DNA of 64,000 bases from Vicugna vicugna (Eukaryota). The notes beneath the pieces were generated by a model, which did no database searches, was not told where the DNA came from, and was given only the letters and a program-made list of their open reading frames with translations. How positions within the stretch are numbered: position 1 is the first letter of the stretch; each line of letters opens with the position of its first letter. The translations under genes were made by a program, and so were the position numbers. The stretch is from contig MU058241.1 of assembly GCA_013265495.1 (NCBI GenBank), positions 1,179,249-1,243,248 of the forward strand, read 5' to 3'. This document shows positions 62,301-64,000 of this stretch, in pieces.

Positions 62301-63649
62301 TATTTCAAGTTCGTCCGTGTGACCCTGTGTTCCTCTCTTCAGGAGCATCAGTAATACATTTGGCAAATAGGTTCAAACATGAACTGTAAATTAACAGTGT
62401 TAAATATTCAATATGAAATGTTGATTCTCAAAAATGTATTAAAATGAATTAATGAAAATATGGCCAGACTCCTCACTCCAGGGCATAGGACTGTTTGAAC
62501 AATAAGCAAACAAGACGTAAGTGAACAAACGCAGTTAAAACCGTGCTTTGAGTCACACGACAGACACTGTATTATTAGGTACCATGACTCATCTTTGGCT
62601 TGGGATATTTAACGTGACTCTCGAGCAGAGAAACCCAAAGATTACCAAGATAGAAAAGCTTATTCACATGTATTTTTGTGTGTTGCTGACATTTCCACAG
62701 GTTTAAAAAATATGTTTTCATTGAACACGATAGTTGAAATATGATTAGGCAAAACATCGTCTACCAGTTTTATGGTCATCAATAATGAAATGCCTAAAGG
62801 CTTGAGACAGGTCCCTATAACTCTTGTTTAAGGCTGCCGCTACTGACAAACCACCATGTAAGTTATGAAATGCATTTTTAAGAACTCAGCCGTGATATCG
62901 TAATATTAGAACGTATTATTAAACAGTATGAGGGACGATGGTAGGTTACTTCAGGGAAGCCAAATGCGAGCCTTTCCTAGTTCATGCCTATGAAGAGCCC
63001 ACGAAATGCTCTGAATTTTTTTTTTAAAGGAATTTAAAATATTCAAATAATGGCTTTAGAGTTAACCTGAAATTGTGGCAAAAGCAAGATTTGGGTTTGC
63101 ATTTCTATTCTGTTCATCAAGTAGTTTCTCCCTAGAGGATGCAGACAGCAATGCTATCCTCAAACTGTTTTGGTGAGCATTTCATCGATTTGATTTGAAA
63201 TATTTTAGGCTGTTTTGGCCCACAGTAGGAACTTGATCACTTTCGGTCCTTTTCTTTCTGGGAAACATAACATCAACATCTGGTGCAGAGCCTTGTTTCC
63301 TGACTTCACGGGGCTGGGAGGGTGGTAACACGCTTCTGCGCTCACGTGCCCTTGACCCTCCACTCCAGTGTGCAGACCGAGACTCTAGGAAGGTGGCAGC
63401 CCTTTCCTGCGGCAGCACAGCTTTGCCTTGGCTACCACTTCTGGCCCCAAGGCCTGACGCTGACATCGCAAGAGTTTTCCTGGAAACGCAAGAACTGGGA
63501 GTCTGGAAAGCTGAAGACACTCCTGAAGGAAGTGCTGAGGTCCAGTGTGGCCAGCTTTCACGAAGACGGGATGTGTCTGCTGTACCCAAAGTCAGATATG
63601 CCCCCCTCAACCTTACACCAGAAATTCCGAACGTCCAACCAGACAGTCA

Positions 63650-63800
63650 GTGATGCTCAGACTTCCAGGTGCCAAATCGTCCCTCCATGTGCTTGTTAAT
63701 GATAAGACTGCCAGGAGGTGGGACTCAGGAATCTGCCCTTTAAATACGGTCTCCAGGTGATTCTGATGCACGAAGCCCGAGGACACTGTACTGGAAACCA
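63650..63800. mobile_element. MER5-like hAT fossil
   Basis: cagtgatgctcagactt...gcttgttaa...ggaatctgccctttaaatac...ccaggtgattctgatgcac. Confidence 0.55.
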
Positions 63801-64000
63801 CCGAGTCAGGCAGTGGGCTTTGCACGTCAGCTCTGACCACCCGGAGGTGCCGCCGGTTCATCACTGAAGCGTCCCACCACTTGGCCTCAACTGGGTCTGC
63901 AGTCTCTAGTAAGCAAAACCACTGTTAAAATAAGAGCTAAATGCCAGTTAGGGACAAATTGTCTATGTTTGCTTCTTTACAGGCAGAGGTTGTCCAGGAA

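Overview
Mammalian genomic DNA, most likely camelid (several Vic-1-like tRNA-derived SINEs), from the PNPLA4 locus (Xp22.3-orthologous). The + strand carries the last three coding exons of PNPLA4 (253-318, 5967-6119, 6845-6985) with canonical splice sites. The rest looks intergenic at first sight: L1, L2, MaLR/ERV LTR, hAT and SINE repeats, several local duplications and a CpG island at ~31.3-32.2 kb. Reading the minus strand by hand reveals a long series of small AG...GT-bounded open exons from ~40.1 kb down to ~11.6 kb. They include a Kozak-perfect start exon, a 7-exon frame-consistent chain of about 200 codons, a dense cluster of phase-2/phase-2 symmetric microexons, and recurring peptide motifs. 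This suggests an unrecognised, microexon-rich gene (or decaying gene) convergent on PNPLA4, whose product I do not recognise. That model is hand-built and needs RNA-seq and comparative validation. Other notable items are a 476-bp tandem duplication that copies half of one candidate exon, and a TSD-flanked L1 that keeps both ends but lacks ORF1 and the 5' part of ORF2.
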